A stretch of 64,000 nt of DNA from Sedimentisphaerales bacterium (GCA_963708075.1 OY970194.1:3200001-3264000), one strand, 5' to 3'; shown: positions 39,303-49,237, counted from the first letter of the stretch. A program made the numbers and translations. The notes: generated from the letters alone by a model not told the origin.

Positions 39303-42086
39303 TCAGATCGCAAACGCGATGCCCGCGGCGACGGCAATCTGGAAGATGATCTGGGTCAGGTCCTTCGTGGTCTTGAGCCAGAAGAAGCGGTCCATCTTCC
39401 GCGGCACAACGATGGTGTCGCCCGGCTCCATCTCCATGCCCATGAAGCCGCTGAAGAGCCAGGAATTCTGCTTGGAATCCCAGAGGACAAACTTGCCGCG
39501 ATTGCCCTGCTCCATACTGACCACGGAGCCATCGGCCTTGATGACGCTCACCTGTTTCTTCTCGGCGTCCTTCGTCATCCCGCCGACTCTGTGAAGATAG
39601 TAGTTGACGGTCCGACCTTTCTCGTACTGCAGCGAAGTCTGGTTGAATACTTCGCCGATTACGTGCACCACGGCGGGCATGGCCGGAACGGTCAGAGTAT
39701 CTCCGTTCTCAAGTTCAAAGTCGTACCTGGAACCCCTCAATTCCCCTGGTTCCGACAGTCTTACCACCACGCGGCCGGTCACCTTGGCTGTCCGCAGTTT
39801 TGTGAGCAACTCCCGATTCGTTGCCAGCGCCGCCTGCTGAGCTTTGACGTCTTCGGCGCCGAGAGCACCGCCCGTCGCCTCGCCTGCGCTGGTCAACATC
39901 GATTGCTCGATTTCCGTGATCAACTTGTTAAGCCGATCTGTCTGGACTTCCTTGGCGCTTTCCCGGGTGAAGACCGCTCCCTTCAGGTACGCCTTATCGG
40001 TATACCCTCCCGCCCGCTCGATGAGCGAGCTGAGGGGCTCACCCTTCGCGATCGGGTAAGTTCCGGGGAACCTCACCTGTCCCTCGATCATGGCGGCGCG
40101 GCCGAAATCCAACTCCGGAATGGGCCGAATGGTCAAGTGGTCATAGTCCTGCAGTGCGATGTTGTGCTGGGGATCCCCTGCCAGGGCCTTCTCCAGATTG
40201 ATCGTGATCTTCTCGATGGTCATTCCGTCCTGGCTGACGTGGCTTCGCGTCAGCTCGGCCGCACGAAGATAGGCGGTCTTCTGCAGACCGCCTGCCGCAT
40301 CGATCAGATTCTTGACCCGCATCCCCTCGACCAGCCTGTATTCATTGGGCTCGTACACCATCCCGTTGATCGTGACGCTGCGTTTGTCCTTCTCATCCCA
40401 GCGGAAGATTCGAATGCGGTCGAAGCACGACAATTCGACGTTCGCGGACGAGTCGCCGCTCAGGACTTTGCCCGGGTCGAAGGAAATGGTGATCGGGTGC
40501 AAGTCGGGCGGTATGGAGCGCTCGATCTCGGCGTAGTCCAGATTCACCTGGGGCAGGAAGGCGTCGTAGTTGAGCACGTCGGACAGTCTCATGCCGGATT
40601 TGAACTGGTACTTGCCCGGACGAACGACGTGGCCCTCAAGTTCGATGATGTCCTTCGGGATTTCAGCCACGGGGAACACCTTCACCACATCGCCATCCTG
40701 GACCGTCGTCTCCATTCCCTCTCGGCGATCAGCCGGCGCCGTCCCCTCAGACAGATCGAAATCCACGACGGTCCGCTTCTGGTGGTCCGCCACGCGCTCG
40801 ACCTGGACCCGCTGGAGCCAGCCGGCAAAGGTGATCCCGCCCGCCAGGTCCAGCACCTCCTGCAGCTTCATGGGCTGGATCATCTCATAGATCGCGGGTC
40901 TCTTGACGTTGCCCGCCACGCCCACGACCGGGCCAATCAGCGGGATGAAGATGGTGTCCCCATCCTGCAGGCGCGCGTCCGTGCCCTTGTCGCCGCCCAT
41001 GAGGAAATCATAGAGATCGATCTGCACGGGGTCGGCCCCGCCGCGCAGCAGGCGGATCGTTCTGAGACTTCCATTCTTGGAGGGCCCCCCCGCCGCAAAC
41101 AGAGCGTTGATCGCCGTGGAGAGCGAGCTGATCGTGTACCCGCCGGGCGCAGACGCCTCGCCGACGATGAAGACGCGGATCGTGCGAAGCCGATCCATCG
41201 TGACCGACATCTTGAAGTCGGTGAATTTTCGAGACAGTTCGTGCTGCAGGTAGCCATGCAGCTCCCCGAACTTCATCCCCCATATTTTGATCGCTCCCAC
41301 CTCCGGCAGGACAATCTGGCCTTCCCGATCCACTTGCAGTATGTACTGAGCGTCGACGCGACCCCACATGGTCACGATAAACGCGTCTTCCGGTCCGATG
41401 ACGTAGTCCGGCCCGACGGGAACGTTAGTCACGGGGGCAAATGTGCTGACCGGCCTGCTGAACACGTCATACCCGAACTGCTGCAGGCTGGTGGATACCT
41501 CCATGGGCATCTTGCCGGAAAGCAGCAGTTCCGTCGTAGAAGGCTCAGGCTCCGTCACAGGGGGCTTCTCCTCCGCCTTCGAGGCTTCCTCCTCATCCGC
41601 AGCATTCGGGTCTTGAGTCTGTTGCTGCTCAGTCTGTTGCTGCTGAGCCTGTTGGCCCTGGACCTGCTGCATCTGGGCCTTCAGGATCGTCTGCGCCTGT
41701 CCCGGGGAGACTGTACCCGTGGGAGCCGCCGGCCCTGGCGCCGTTCCCTGGGGTGGTCTTTGAGGAACAGTCTGGTTTGGGGCAGGCGCAGTCTGTGCGC
41801 CTGTGGGGGCGGTCGCCGCAGCAAGGACCGACACCATCGCAATAACCAGGCAAAGAGACGCGCCGAGACGACGGTCAGGTGAGATTACGCCAGGCGGCCT
41901 GTCCAGCCGCCCAGGCGTGGAGAGTCCGATAGAGTCGCAATCCTTGCGACTGTCCTGAGTCCAACGGCCAAGGAGTACCATTCCACAATCCTTTGTGTCA
42001 GTCAAACCAGCCCGGCTACTGTATCGACTATGAGCCCGCGCACCGCCGCCATCAGGGTCACCCCATAGCCGCCCGAGCTGTGTCAT
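39303..42086 (-). CDS. Polysaccharide export protein with multiple SLBB domains (Wza/KpsD/OtnA-like)
   Basis: QFGYDVF, DYVIGPED, VDREGQI, repeated V.GxVxxPG / AGG SLBB units; Gln-rich N-terminal linker. Start uncertain. Confidence 0.88.
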   Translation of the reverse strand: MTQLGRLWGDPDGGGARAHSRYSSRAGLTDTKDCGMVLLGRWTQDSRKDCDSIGLSTPGRLDRPPGVISPDRRLGASLCLVIAMVSVLAAATAPTGAQTAPAPNQTVPQRPPQGTAPGPAAPTGTVSPGQAQTILKAQMQQVQGQQAQQQQTEQQQTQDPNAADEEEASKAEEKPPVTEPEPSTTELLLSGKMPMEVSTSLQQFGYDVFSRPVSTFAPVTNVPVGPDYVIGPEDAFIVTMWGRVDAQYILQVDREGQIVLPEVGAIKIWGMKFGELHGYLQHELSRKFTDFKMSVTMDRLRTIRVFIVGEASAPGGYTISSLSTAINALFAAGGPSKNGSLRTIRLLRGGADPVQIDLYDFLMGGDKGTDARLQDGDTIFIPLIGPVVGVAGNVKRPAIYEMIQPMKLQEVLDLAGGITFAGWLQRVQVERVADHQKRTVVDFDLSEGTAPADRREGMETTVQDGDVVKVFPVAEIPKDIIELEGHVVRPGKYQFKSGMRLSDVLNYDAFLPQVNLDYAEIERSIPPDLHPITISFDPGKVLSGDSSANVELSCFDRIRIFRWDEKDKRSVTINGMVYEPNEYRLVEGMRVKNLIDAAGGLQKTAYLRAAELTRSHVSQDGMTIEKITINLEKALAGDPQHNIALQDYDHLTIRPIPELDFGRAAMIEGQVRFPGTYPIAKGEPLSSLIERAGGYTDKAYLKGAVFTRESAKEVQTDRLNKLITEIEQSMLTSAGEATGGALGAEDVKAQQAALATNRELLTKLRTAKVTGRVVVRLSEPGELRGSRYDFELENGDTLTVPAMPAVVHVIGEVFNQTSLQYEKGRTVNYYLHRVGGMTKDAEKKQVSVIKADGSVVSMEQGNRGKFVLWDSKQNSWLFSGFMGMEMEPGDTIVVPRKMDRFFWLKTTKDLTQIIFQIAVAAGIAFAI

Positions 42087-42133
42087 TTACCCATTTTCCC
42101 CTCGTCCAATTGGCATCAGCCAACCCACCATTC

Positions 42134-42162
42134 TTATCGGACAGGCGGCTTGGAAATCTTCA
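42134..42162 (-). promoter_or_regulatory. Sigma28-like box, copy 1 (TGAA-N17-TCCGATAA)
   Basis: TTATCGGACAGG-N6-GGAAATCTTCA on the plus strand; repeated at 42289-42317. Confidence 0.55.
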
Positions 42163-42288
42163 TACAGACCACGAACGTTGATCGGATTGCCGTGAGCCGG
42201 CGCACGTTGCCAAGTGTCCAGACTCCGTCCCCGTGGGCGGCGATATCGTCCCCACAACGTTAAGCCACTGACTCGAATGGATACCTGT

Positions 42289-42317
42289 TTATCGGACAGG
42301 TCGATGGGAAATCTTCA
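42289..42317 (-). promoter_or_regulatory. Sigma28-like box, copy 2
   Basis: Near-identical direct repeat of 42134-42162. Confidence 0.55.
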
Positions 42318-42505
42318 CCGTTTGGACCGCTAATACGAGTGAATCTCGCATGTGCGTGAGAACCCGCCGGGGGAATAGTCCGAGAATTTTCTACATAGCA
42401 GCGAAATTTGCATCCATGAAAGAGACCTTGTTTGACGATGGTGGAGGAAAGAATGTAGTGGCCTTAGGCCATGGATGGCTGTGTAGTCTGTTCGCGAACC
42501 GGGGT

Positions 42506-43966
42506 ATGCAAAGGATTGTCGCTTCTCTGCTCCTGCTGACGGTATTGGCGTCGCTGTGCCCTGCCTTGGTGTCGACCAACGTCCCGCTGGACCACTGGAG
42601 TTATGCTGCGGTGGACAAGCTGGCGGACTATGCATTGATCGACAGCGCCATGCTGAACACCAGACCGATCTCCCGCATCGAGATGGCGCGGCATATCGGC
42701 CAGGCCATGCACCGTCTGGAGAAGGAGAAGGATCCGCCCGCCGTGCTGCTCTCTATCCTCGACAGGCTGCAAAAGGAGTTCGAGGGTGAGTTGATTCTCA
42801 TCGACGTTCTCGAAGGCTCGTCCGCCGGCACCTATGTCAAGCCCGTGGAAGACCCGTACGTGAAGTACCTGTACGCGAGGCGCCGGCCCGACATCGAGAA
42901 TGTCCGGGGCGATGTGTTCCGTCGCGGATCGAACTACCGGACCGGCTTCGCCTCACGCGGGACGTTCCTCGACCTCTTCGCCTTCTACCTTCATCCCGAG
43001 TACATCGACTCGCCCGAGGAAGATGCCGACGTCGATTTGATTGAAGGCTACGGAAAAGCAATGGCCGGACCGATCGAATTCGAAATGGGAAGGGACTCAC
43101 TGTGGTGGGGTCCCGGCCGCCACGGCTCGATCCTGATGAGCAACAACGCTGCCCCTCTCACAATGATCAAGGTCACCAACCCGCAGCCGATTCAGCTACC
43201 CTGGATCTTCCGGGCGTTCGGACCCTTCCGGATGCAGTGGTTCCTGGCGGAGCTGGAGGAGCACAGGGATTTCCCCGAGGCCAGGCTTTCCGGAATCCGA
43301 TTGAATATCAAGCCGCACCCGTCGGTGGAGTTCGGGGCATCGCGAGTCTTTCAGTTCGGCGGCCAAGGCATGCCGCGAGTGGATGCGTTTGACTACGCCA
43401 GGATGTTCCTGGCAGGGACGGAGCAGGAGGAGAACAACCAGATTGCCGGGTTCGACACGTCGGTTCTCATTCCGCTGGGAGACAACCCGCTGCTGCGGTC
43501 GTTCAAGCTCTACGGCGACACCGCCGGGGAGGATGAAGCCGCCGGATGGCCCAGCAAATGGAGTTTCCTGCTCGGTCTGCAGCTCAACGATATCCTGCGG
43601 ACGGGAAGAACGGATCTGCGATTCGAGTATGCCGACACCCATCAGTTCCTCTACGAGCACAGCGTCTACACTTCAGGGTATACGTATGAAGACCGGGTGA
43701 TGGGCCACCATGTGGGCCCCGATGCGCGTGATATGTTCGTCCAGCTCTCGCACTATCTTATGGACGATCTCCTTGTGGACGTGGCCTTCGATTGGCAGAC
43801 ATTCGGCGTGTCAAGGGCCGTTCAATCGCGGATGAATATCCTGGAGTGCAACCTGACGTACTTTCCATCGTCAGACTGGCAGGTGAGGGCCGGCTACCGC
43901 TATGAGACTGGCGACAGGGACGAGGATAACCACATCTTCCAGATCCAACTGATCCGGGAGTTCTGA
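42506..43966 (+). CDS. wzi: Capsule assembly Wzi family outer-membrane protein
   Basis: Signal peptide; GRDSLWWGPGRHGSILMSNNA, ENNQIAGFD, YEHSVYTSGYTY, GHHVG; C-terminal Phe. Confidence 0.88.
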   Translation: MQRIVASLLLLTVLASLCPALVSTNVPLDHWSYAAVDKLADYALIDSAMLNTRPISRIEMARHIGQAMHRLEKEKDPPAVLLSILDRLQKEFEGELILIDVLEGSSAGTYVKPVEDPYVKYLYARRRPDIENVRGDVFRRGSNYRTGFASRGTFLDLFAFYLHPEYIDSPEEDADVDLIEGYGKAMAGPIEFEMGRDSLWWGPGRHGSILMSNNAAPLTMIKVTNPQPIQLPWIFRAFGPFRMQWFLAELEEHRDFPEARLSGIRLNIKPHPSVEFGASRVFQFGGQGMPRVDAFDYARMFLAGTEQEENNQIAGFDTSVLIPLGDNPLLRSFKLYGDTAGEDEAAGWPSKWSFLLGLQLNDILRTGRTDLRFEYADTHQFLYEHSVYTSGYTYEDRVMGHHVGPDARDMFVQLSHYLMDDLLVDVAFDWQTFGVSRAVQSRMNILECNLTYFPSSDWQVRAGYRYETGDRDEDNHIFQIQLIREF

Positions 43967-43968
43967 CG

Positions 43969-44081
43969 GATTTACGATTTATGATGTGTGATTTGTGATT
44001 TCCGGGGGATGCTCCGTAGATAGCGGATCGTCTCGGAGGGTCAAAGGTCAATCATAAATCGTAAATCATCAATCGTAAATC
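43969..44081. repeat. Inverted pair of heptamer arrays between convergent wzi and fliS
   Basis: gatttac gatttat gatgtgt gatttgt gatt ... caatcat aaatcgt aaatcat caatcgt aaatc. Confidence 0.85.
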
Positions 44082-44082
44082 T

Positions 44083-44442
44083 CTATCCGGTGATGGCCCT
44101 CCAGCTCTGATTCAGCTCCTCCAGGAGGGTGATGACCTCGCGGATCATCTGGGGATCGCGTTTGCCGTTGGCCTCGCTCAGCCGCCGGTTCATGAAGAGA
44201 TAGAGTCTTCTCAGGTTGGAGGCGATCTCGTCGCCGGTTTCCATATCCAGAACGGCGTTCAATTCGTTGAGGATGTCCTGAGCACGATTGATGTACTGCC
44301 CTTTGGCCGCGTGGTTCCCCGCCTCCAACTCCCGCACCGCCAGCTTCAGGAATTTGATGGCGCCATCGTAGAGCATGACGATCAAGCGTCCCTTGCTCTG
44401 AGTGCCGATGGCCGTCTGCTGGTATGCCGCGATTCCCTTCAT
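44083..44442 (-). CDS. fliS: Flagellin chaperone FliS
   Basis: AYQQ..LIVMLYDGAIKFL, RAQDILNEL...LD...G.EIASNL..LY. Confidence 0.95.
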   Translation of the reverse strand: MKGIAAYQQTAIGTQSKGRLIVMLYDGAIKFLKLAVRELEAGNHAAKGQYINRAQDILNELNAVLDMETGDEIASNLRRLYLFMNRRLSEANGKRDPQMIREVITLLEELNQSWRAITG

Positions 44443-44498
44443 GATTGGATCCCCGTGATGACGGTGAATTCGAAATTGAAATGCGGAGTGTCATGAAT

Positions 44499-44537
44499 GG
44501 GGAGATGACTGACGGATGTTGCCCCAGTCATCTCCCC
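44499..44537 (-). terminator. 13-bp hairpin between fliC and fliS
   Basis: GGGGAGATGACTG / CAGTCATCTCCCC perfect stem with a weak U-tract. Confidence 0.55.
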
Positions 44538-44572
44538 CTAGGTACTCTCAGACATTCCTCGTGACGCGCGGA

Positions 44573-45382
44573 TTATCTCAGCAGCGTCAACGCCATCTGC
44601 GGAATCGAGTTGGCTTGCGCCAGCATCGCGGTGCCCGCCTGGGAGAGCACCTGGTTCCGCGTCAGGGTCGCCATCTCTGTCGCCACATCGACGTCGGAGA
44701 TACGCGACTCGGCAGCCATCAGGTTCTCCGCCTGGATGTTGAGCACTTGGCCGGTGCTTTCGAGACGGTTGATGCCGTAGCCGAACTTGGCCCGCGCGGT
44801 GTCCTTCGTGTTGATGGCGGCGTCCAAAGTCGTCAGGGCTGCCCGGGCGCTGCCCGCCGTCGTGATCGCCAGCGTGTCGATGCCCAGACCCGTTTTCGTC
44901 ATGGCGCTGCCGGTGACGTCGATCCCGTCGGTCGCCCCGCCAAAGTGAATCGACACGGTGGCGGAGTTGTCGAGCATCTTGATGCCGTTGAAGTCGGTCG
45001 CGGTGGAGATACGCTGCACTTCATTGGCCATCTCGTTGAATTCGTTGTCCATGATGAGCCGCTGGGCCGACGAGTACGAGCCCGTCGAGGCCTGCTCCGC
45101 CAGTTGCTGCATACGCACGAGCAGGTTATCGATGACTTGCAGAGCACCTTCCATGGTCTGCAGCAGACTGACGCCGTCCTGGGCGTTCCGTGCACCCTGC
45201 TGCAACACGGCGATATCGGCTCGCATCAACTCGCGAACCGCCATGCCGGCCGCGTCATCACTGGCGCTGTTGATTCGCAGACCGGAGCTCAGCCGCTCGA
45301 CCGACGTGGCCAGAGCATCATAGCTCTGCCCCAGGTACCGGGCTGCATTCGCCGCCATAAGGTTGTTCTTGATTGCCAACAT
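44573..45382 (-). CDS. fliC: Flagellin (minimal, 269 aa)
   Basis: RLSSGLRINSASDDAAG, RNAQDGVS, ENLMAAESRISDVDVATEM, LAQAN. Confidence 0.97.
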   Translation of the reverse strand: MLAIKNNLMAANAARYLGQSYDALATSVERLSSGLRINSASDDAAGMAVRELMRADIAVLQQGARNAQDGVSLLQTMEGALQVIDNLLVRMQQLAEQASTGSYSSAQRLIMDNEFNEMANEVQRISTATDFNGIKMLDNSATVSIHFGGATDGIDVTGSAMTKTGLGIDTLAITTAGSARAALTTLDAAINTKDTARAKFGYGINRLESTGQVLNIQAENLMAAESRISDVDVATEMATLTRNQVLSQAGTAMLAQANSIPQMALTLLR

Positions 45383-45478
45383 GTTCGCAACTCCTTAAAT
45401 AGAAACCCCAATTTGGCCCCTTGCTTAGGCGCTTTGTCTCCACTTTGCCTTCCGAACGCGTTCAACCATTCAAGCTGA

Positions 45479-45505
45479 TTATCGAGTGAAACCCTGAGGA
45501 CTTAA
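45479..45505 (-). promoter_or_regulatory. Sigma28 promoter of flagellin
   Basis: Minus strand TTAA-N15-CTCGATAA about 100 nt upstream of fliC. Confidence 0.7.
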
Positions 45506-45700
45506 GGCGTCGCCCCAAATCGCTGCCGGCGGAAACCATGAGAACCTCTAATACGACTTGCCGCGAGGCTGATACCGCAAGGGCCCGCCACGCCCGAACG
45601 CGAAAAATTCTGGAAAACATCTCAAAAAATCTCCCCGGCCGCACGCTGCAACAAAGGGCACATCATACGGATTTGGAGAGACTCTCGCGCGGTACGAACT

Positions 45701-45794
45701 TTGTCATCCTGAGGCGAAGCTGGAGGATCTGACCATTGAATAGGAGGTTTCTCCCGCTCGCGGCCCGGATCCTTCGCTGTGCTCAGGATGACAA
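45701..45794. repeat. Palindromic REP-like element (TGTCATCCTGAG...CTCAGGATGACA family)
   Basis: 13-bp terminal inverted repeat with inner GGATCT/GGATCC-TTCGCT arms. Confidence 0.8.
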
Positions 45795-45866
45795 GCACGA
45801 GTCAATCACGGTCCGTGTCATGCCCGAGGTGCCGTCGGCTTCTCCACCGAGCGACACGATCTTTTC

Positions 45867-45895
45867 TCACGGCAGGCCCGCTGAAGTGCCGATAA
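45867..45895 (+). promoter_or_regulatory. Sigma28-like promoter of the glycosyltransferase
   Basis: TCAC-N17-GCCGATAA; perfect -10 at 45888-45895. Confidence 0.6.
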
Positions 45896-45960
45896 TCCCT
45901 GCATCTGCGACCGAGTGGCGGCAACCAGCCGGCCAGGGACCGCCTCGGAGGCTGTGACCA

Positions 45961-47136
45961 ATGGACGAGAGCTCACCGGCGAACATGTATATGAAGAAAC
46001 GAAGAGATCCTGGCGTGAACAGAACCCTGCTGGTTTTCAATTGCCACGAGCCGTGGATCCATCAGCTCGGTGCGCTGGGCTACGCGCTCGATATCATCGT
46101 CGGCCTCAAAGGCAAGTACAACCAGGGCTGGGACTATCGCATGCGTCCGCTGCCCGCACATGCTCGCCTGATCAGCCTGCCGGAGGCCCTCCAGTCGCCC
46201 ACAGAGTACTACTGTATCATCACCCACAACACGACCGACCTGCTCGATGTGCGATTCCGTCCGGAACCACGCCTGCTTGTGCTGCACCACACGCTGGAGG
46301 GCCGGCTCCGGGAGGAGCATTCCAACATTGACCCGGAGAAGATGAAAGATATGCTCCATGGCTACATGGAGTTGGTTGGAGGCCATGTTGTCGCAACGTC
46401 CATGTTCAAGGGGGAATCCTGGGGATTCACGGACGACATCGTCCATTTCGGCATTGACGTGGATGGATACCTGCCGTACGACGGCCACGAGACGGCGGGC
46501 CTGCGGATCTGCAATTTCATCAGCAGCCGCCGACAGATTCTGCTCTGGGACCTGCATGAGCAGGCCTTCGCGGGCTTGCCCATCACGCTCGTCGGCCACA
46601 ATCCGGACCTGCCCGGCGTGGAAGCGGCCCGGGACTGGGACCATCTCAAGAGGATTCTGCAGGCACATCGCTTCTACATCCACACCGCCGATCCGATGCT
46701 CGAAGCCGGGCACAACATGGCCACCGCCGAAGCCATGGCCGCCGGGCTGCCCGTGCTTGGAAACCGCCATCCGACCTCTCCCATCCGGCACGGGATCAGC
46801 GGCTTTCTCAGCGATGATCCCCGCAAACTGAGACAGTACGCTCAGATGCTCCTGGAGGATCGGGAGCTGGCCCGATTGATGGGACAGCGGGCTCGGAAGA
46901 CCGTCGAGGAGCGATTCTCGCTGACTCGCTTCAAGCACGCCTTCCTGCGCTCCATCGAGATCGCCCGCCGCAAGTGGCACACGCGAAGAATTGACTCTTC
47001 GGCCCAGCCTCGCAATTTCGAATTGGAAAGGTGGACGCAGCCCATCTATGCCAGCATGTCGATGCGTCCCACAGGCACGCCGACGCCGGTTGGGGACTCC
47101 GAATCGGAAATCCGAAATTCGAAATTGGATCGCTGA
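45961..47136 (+). CDS. GT4-like glycosyltransferase next to flagellin (possible flagellin glycosylation)
   Basis: FGIDVD, EAMAAGLPVL, IRHGISGF, ARLMGQRARKTVEERFS. Start may be 45985 or 45991. Confidence 0.82.
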   Translation: MDESSPANMYMKKRRDPGVNRTLLVFNCHEPWIHQLGALGYALDIIVGLKGKYNQGWDYRMRPLPAHARLISLPEALQSPTEYYCIITHNTTDLLDVRFRPEPRLLVLHHTLEGRLREEHSNIDPEKMKDMLHGYMELVGGHVVATSMFKGESWGFTDDIVHFGIDVDGYLPYDGHETAGLRICNFISSRRQILLWDLHEQAFAGLPITLVGHNPDLPGVEAARDWDHLKRILQAHRFYIHTADPMLEAGHNMATAEAMAAGLPVLGNRHPTSPIRHGISGFLSDDPRKLRQYAQMLLEDRELARLMGQRARKTVEERFSLTRFKHAFLRSIEIARRKWHTRRIDSSAQPRNFELERWTQPIYASMSMRPTGTPTPVGDSESEIRNSKLDR

Positions 47137-48842
47137 GCCCGGTTGCTCTGTCGATCGGAGCCCTGCTGCTGGGGCCATGCGTCCTGATGCAGTTGCTGCC
47201 TGCCTGAGTCCCTCTCCGACTGATCGGAGACCGTCACGTCGAACTTGCGGATCTGGATGCCGGCTTCCTGGAGACTCCGCAGCACCTGGGGCAGGGCTTG
47301 CTCCACCTCCTGCCTGGTGTCACTGCGGCTGACCTCCAGGATTCCGTGGATTTGCTCGTTCTGCTCTTGAAATCGCACGAGCACGCTGCCAAGCTCCGGC
47401 GGACGCAAACGAATCACGACCTGTCGCTCCCCGCGATCAAGCGAGGCGTGCAGGGAATCGCGGATTTGTTCGCTGACGCTCTGAGCAGACCCCTTGGCGG
47501 CAGAACCTTCCAGGCCACCCGCCGTGGGGGACTGGTCCGACGCAAGCCGTGAGAAACTGACGGACTTCCCGGCCCCGGATACGGCCGGCTCCGCCTGTGC
47601 CATCAGACCATCGCCCAACGGGGACAAACGCACCTCTTTCCCCTCGGTCGGCGGAATCGTCCCACTCGCGGCTTGGCGAGCTTGTGCACTCTCACCGGAA
47701 CCGGCCGGGCTCGAACGGTCACGCGAGTTCGTCCCTCCACGGGCCTGCTGCAGATTGTGTAATGTCTCTGGAAGTGGCTTCCCATTCTCCGCTTCCATTC
47801 TCCCCGGATGCGGCGGCACAAGCCGTTCCGTGCGGGACACATGGCTCTTCGCAGAGTCCGCCGGCTGTTGTGGATTCGGTCCCTCGTTCGGCTGGACGGA
47901 GTGTTCTTTCATGGAAGCAGAGGTCTTCTCAGGCCCACAGCTCTTTGGGACCTCCGGCATTCCGCGCACATTCGATTTCATCTGCGGCTCAGTAGCCTTC
48001 ATCTCCACAGCAGATTCCTTCACGGCCGCGGAGCTGTTCTGTGGTACACGGCTTTGGGGAGGCTCTGCCGCCTGCTGCACATTCTGTTGGCCCGTTGCTT
48101 TTGTCTGCGCCTGTTTCATCTCGCCGGCATGCTCCTTCACAGCAGCGATGCTCTTCTCGGGCGCTAGCGCATTGCGACTGCCTCCCAGAGCCTGCTTTGA
48201 GGCTATCTCAACGGCCTTACCGGTCGCATCTGTAACCCGCCCGGTTGACGGCACAGCCTTGTCCGCGGAGCCCGATCCGCCTTTGCCGGATATCGCTGCA
48301 ACATCCCCACTGACACCGGCCGGAACCGATTCCTTAAGCCCTTTTGTGAGTATCGAATGCGCGGTTTCGGCCAGGGGTCCGCCGGATTGAGATAGAGCTG
48401 ACCGCTCCCCGTGTGGCGCAGGTCCCCTGGTCGTCGCGCCGTCGACGTTCATTGGCTTCTCAGCTTGTCCCCGCCCAAGCCGCGCGGATGCCGGGCGGAC
48501 CTGCGCGTCGCATCCAGCCGCCTGCATCAACGCGTCCAAATCCTGCGTCTGCTCGGACGCGGGCGTAACCTTCTCGGCTCGTGCTCTCCGAAGGCTTGCC
48601 GCCGGTGCGGACCCGGAGGAAGGTGCTGATCTATCTACTGTCCGCTGACCGCCTTTGGCGTCGCCAACGACGGCGACATTATCGGCCGTTGCCTGGCGGG
48701 CATTGACGAGCGCAGATGTCTGCGAGAACGAACGCGCGGGTTTCTCCGCCGCCGGCCTATCCGGCTTCGACGGGCCCGCCGGGTCCGCACAGATCGCAGC
48801 AACTATACTCTTGGCAACCACTGGTGGAGACATACCTTTCAC
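47046..48842 (-). CDS. fliK: Flagellar hook-length control protein FliK
   Basis: Long low-complexity N-region; C-terminal IRLRPPELGSV...LPQVLRSLQEAGI, Gln-rich tail and RIDMLA end. Confidence 0.85.
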   Translation of the reverse strand: MKGMSPPVVAKSIVAAICADPAGPSKPDRPAAEKPARSFSQTSALVNARQATADNVAVVGDAKGGQRTVDRSAPSSGSAPAASLRRARAEKVTPASEQTQDLDALMQAAGCDAQVRPASARLGRGQAEKPMNVDGATTRGPAPHGERSALSQSGGPLAETAHSILTKGLKESVPAGVSGDVAAISGKGGSGSADKAVPSTGRVTDATGKAVEIASKQALGGSRNALAPEKSIAAVKEHAGEMKQAQTKATGQQNVQQAAEPPQSRVPQNSSAAVKESAVEMKATEPQMKSNVRGMPEVPKSCGPEKTSASMKEHSVQPNEGPNPQQPADSAKSHVSRTERLVPPHPGRMEAENGKPLPETLHNLQQARGGTNSRDRSSPAGSGESAQARQAASGTIPPTEGKEVRLSPLGDGLMAQAEPAVSGAGKSVSFSRLASDQSPTAGGLEGSAAKGSAQSVSEQIRDSLHASLDRGERQVVIRLRPPELGSVLVRFQEQNEQIHGILEVSRSDTRQEVEQALPQVLRSLQEAGIQIRKFDVTVSDQSERDSGRQQLHQDAWPQQQGSDRQSNRAQRSNFEFRISDSESPTGVGVPVGRIDMLA

Positions 48843-48866
48843 CTTCCATAGACAGCCTTAGATAGA

Positions 48867-48882
48867 AGCAACCGCCGTGCCA
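48867..48882 (-). promoter_or_regulatory. Sigma54 promoter of fliK
   Basis: Minus strand TGGCAC-GGCGG-TTGCT (-24/-12 consensus). Confidence 0.85.
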
Positions 48883-49237
48883 GTTTCGATGCACATCTGA
48901 GTCGTGCTTGTAAGCCCTGGCGAGTACGCGACTTACGAGATTCCAGAAAGATCGCGATCATCTGCGGCCGGCAGCCACCGGCAGAACGCTCGGAAGAATA
49001 TTCCCGAGGCGGGAGGAGATATCTTCCGCCTGACCGCCTCCGTGGGACTCGGCAGGGCCGCGGATGTCTCCCCGGCCACGTGTCAAATTCCCCGACCGGC
49101 TGTATAGAATCCTGACACCGGCGGCCACCCTCCTGCCTTCTTCCATCCCTACCTTCTTCTCTTCATCGCCCCGCACCGCCGCATCTGGGGGCCGGAACAA
49201 GGCAGGGACGTGGGACGCCAACAAGGTAAGGGGCTCC

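Noticed and set aside
41615..41675. CAG-rich repeat as a contingency locus
   Set aside because: Imperfect codon-level Gln-rich linker, not a slippage tract.
39219..41882. 887-aa plus-strand ORF
   Set aside because: Antisense shadow of the SLBB exporter.
42087..42350. ops/JUMPstart element upstream of the polysaccharide cluster
   Set aside because: No GGCGGTAG match found on the coding strand.
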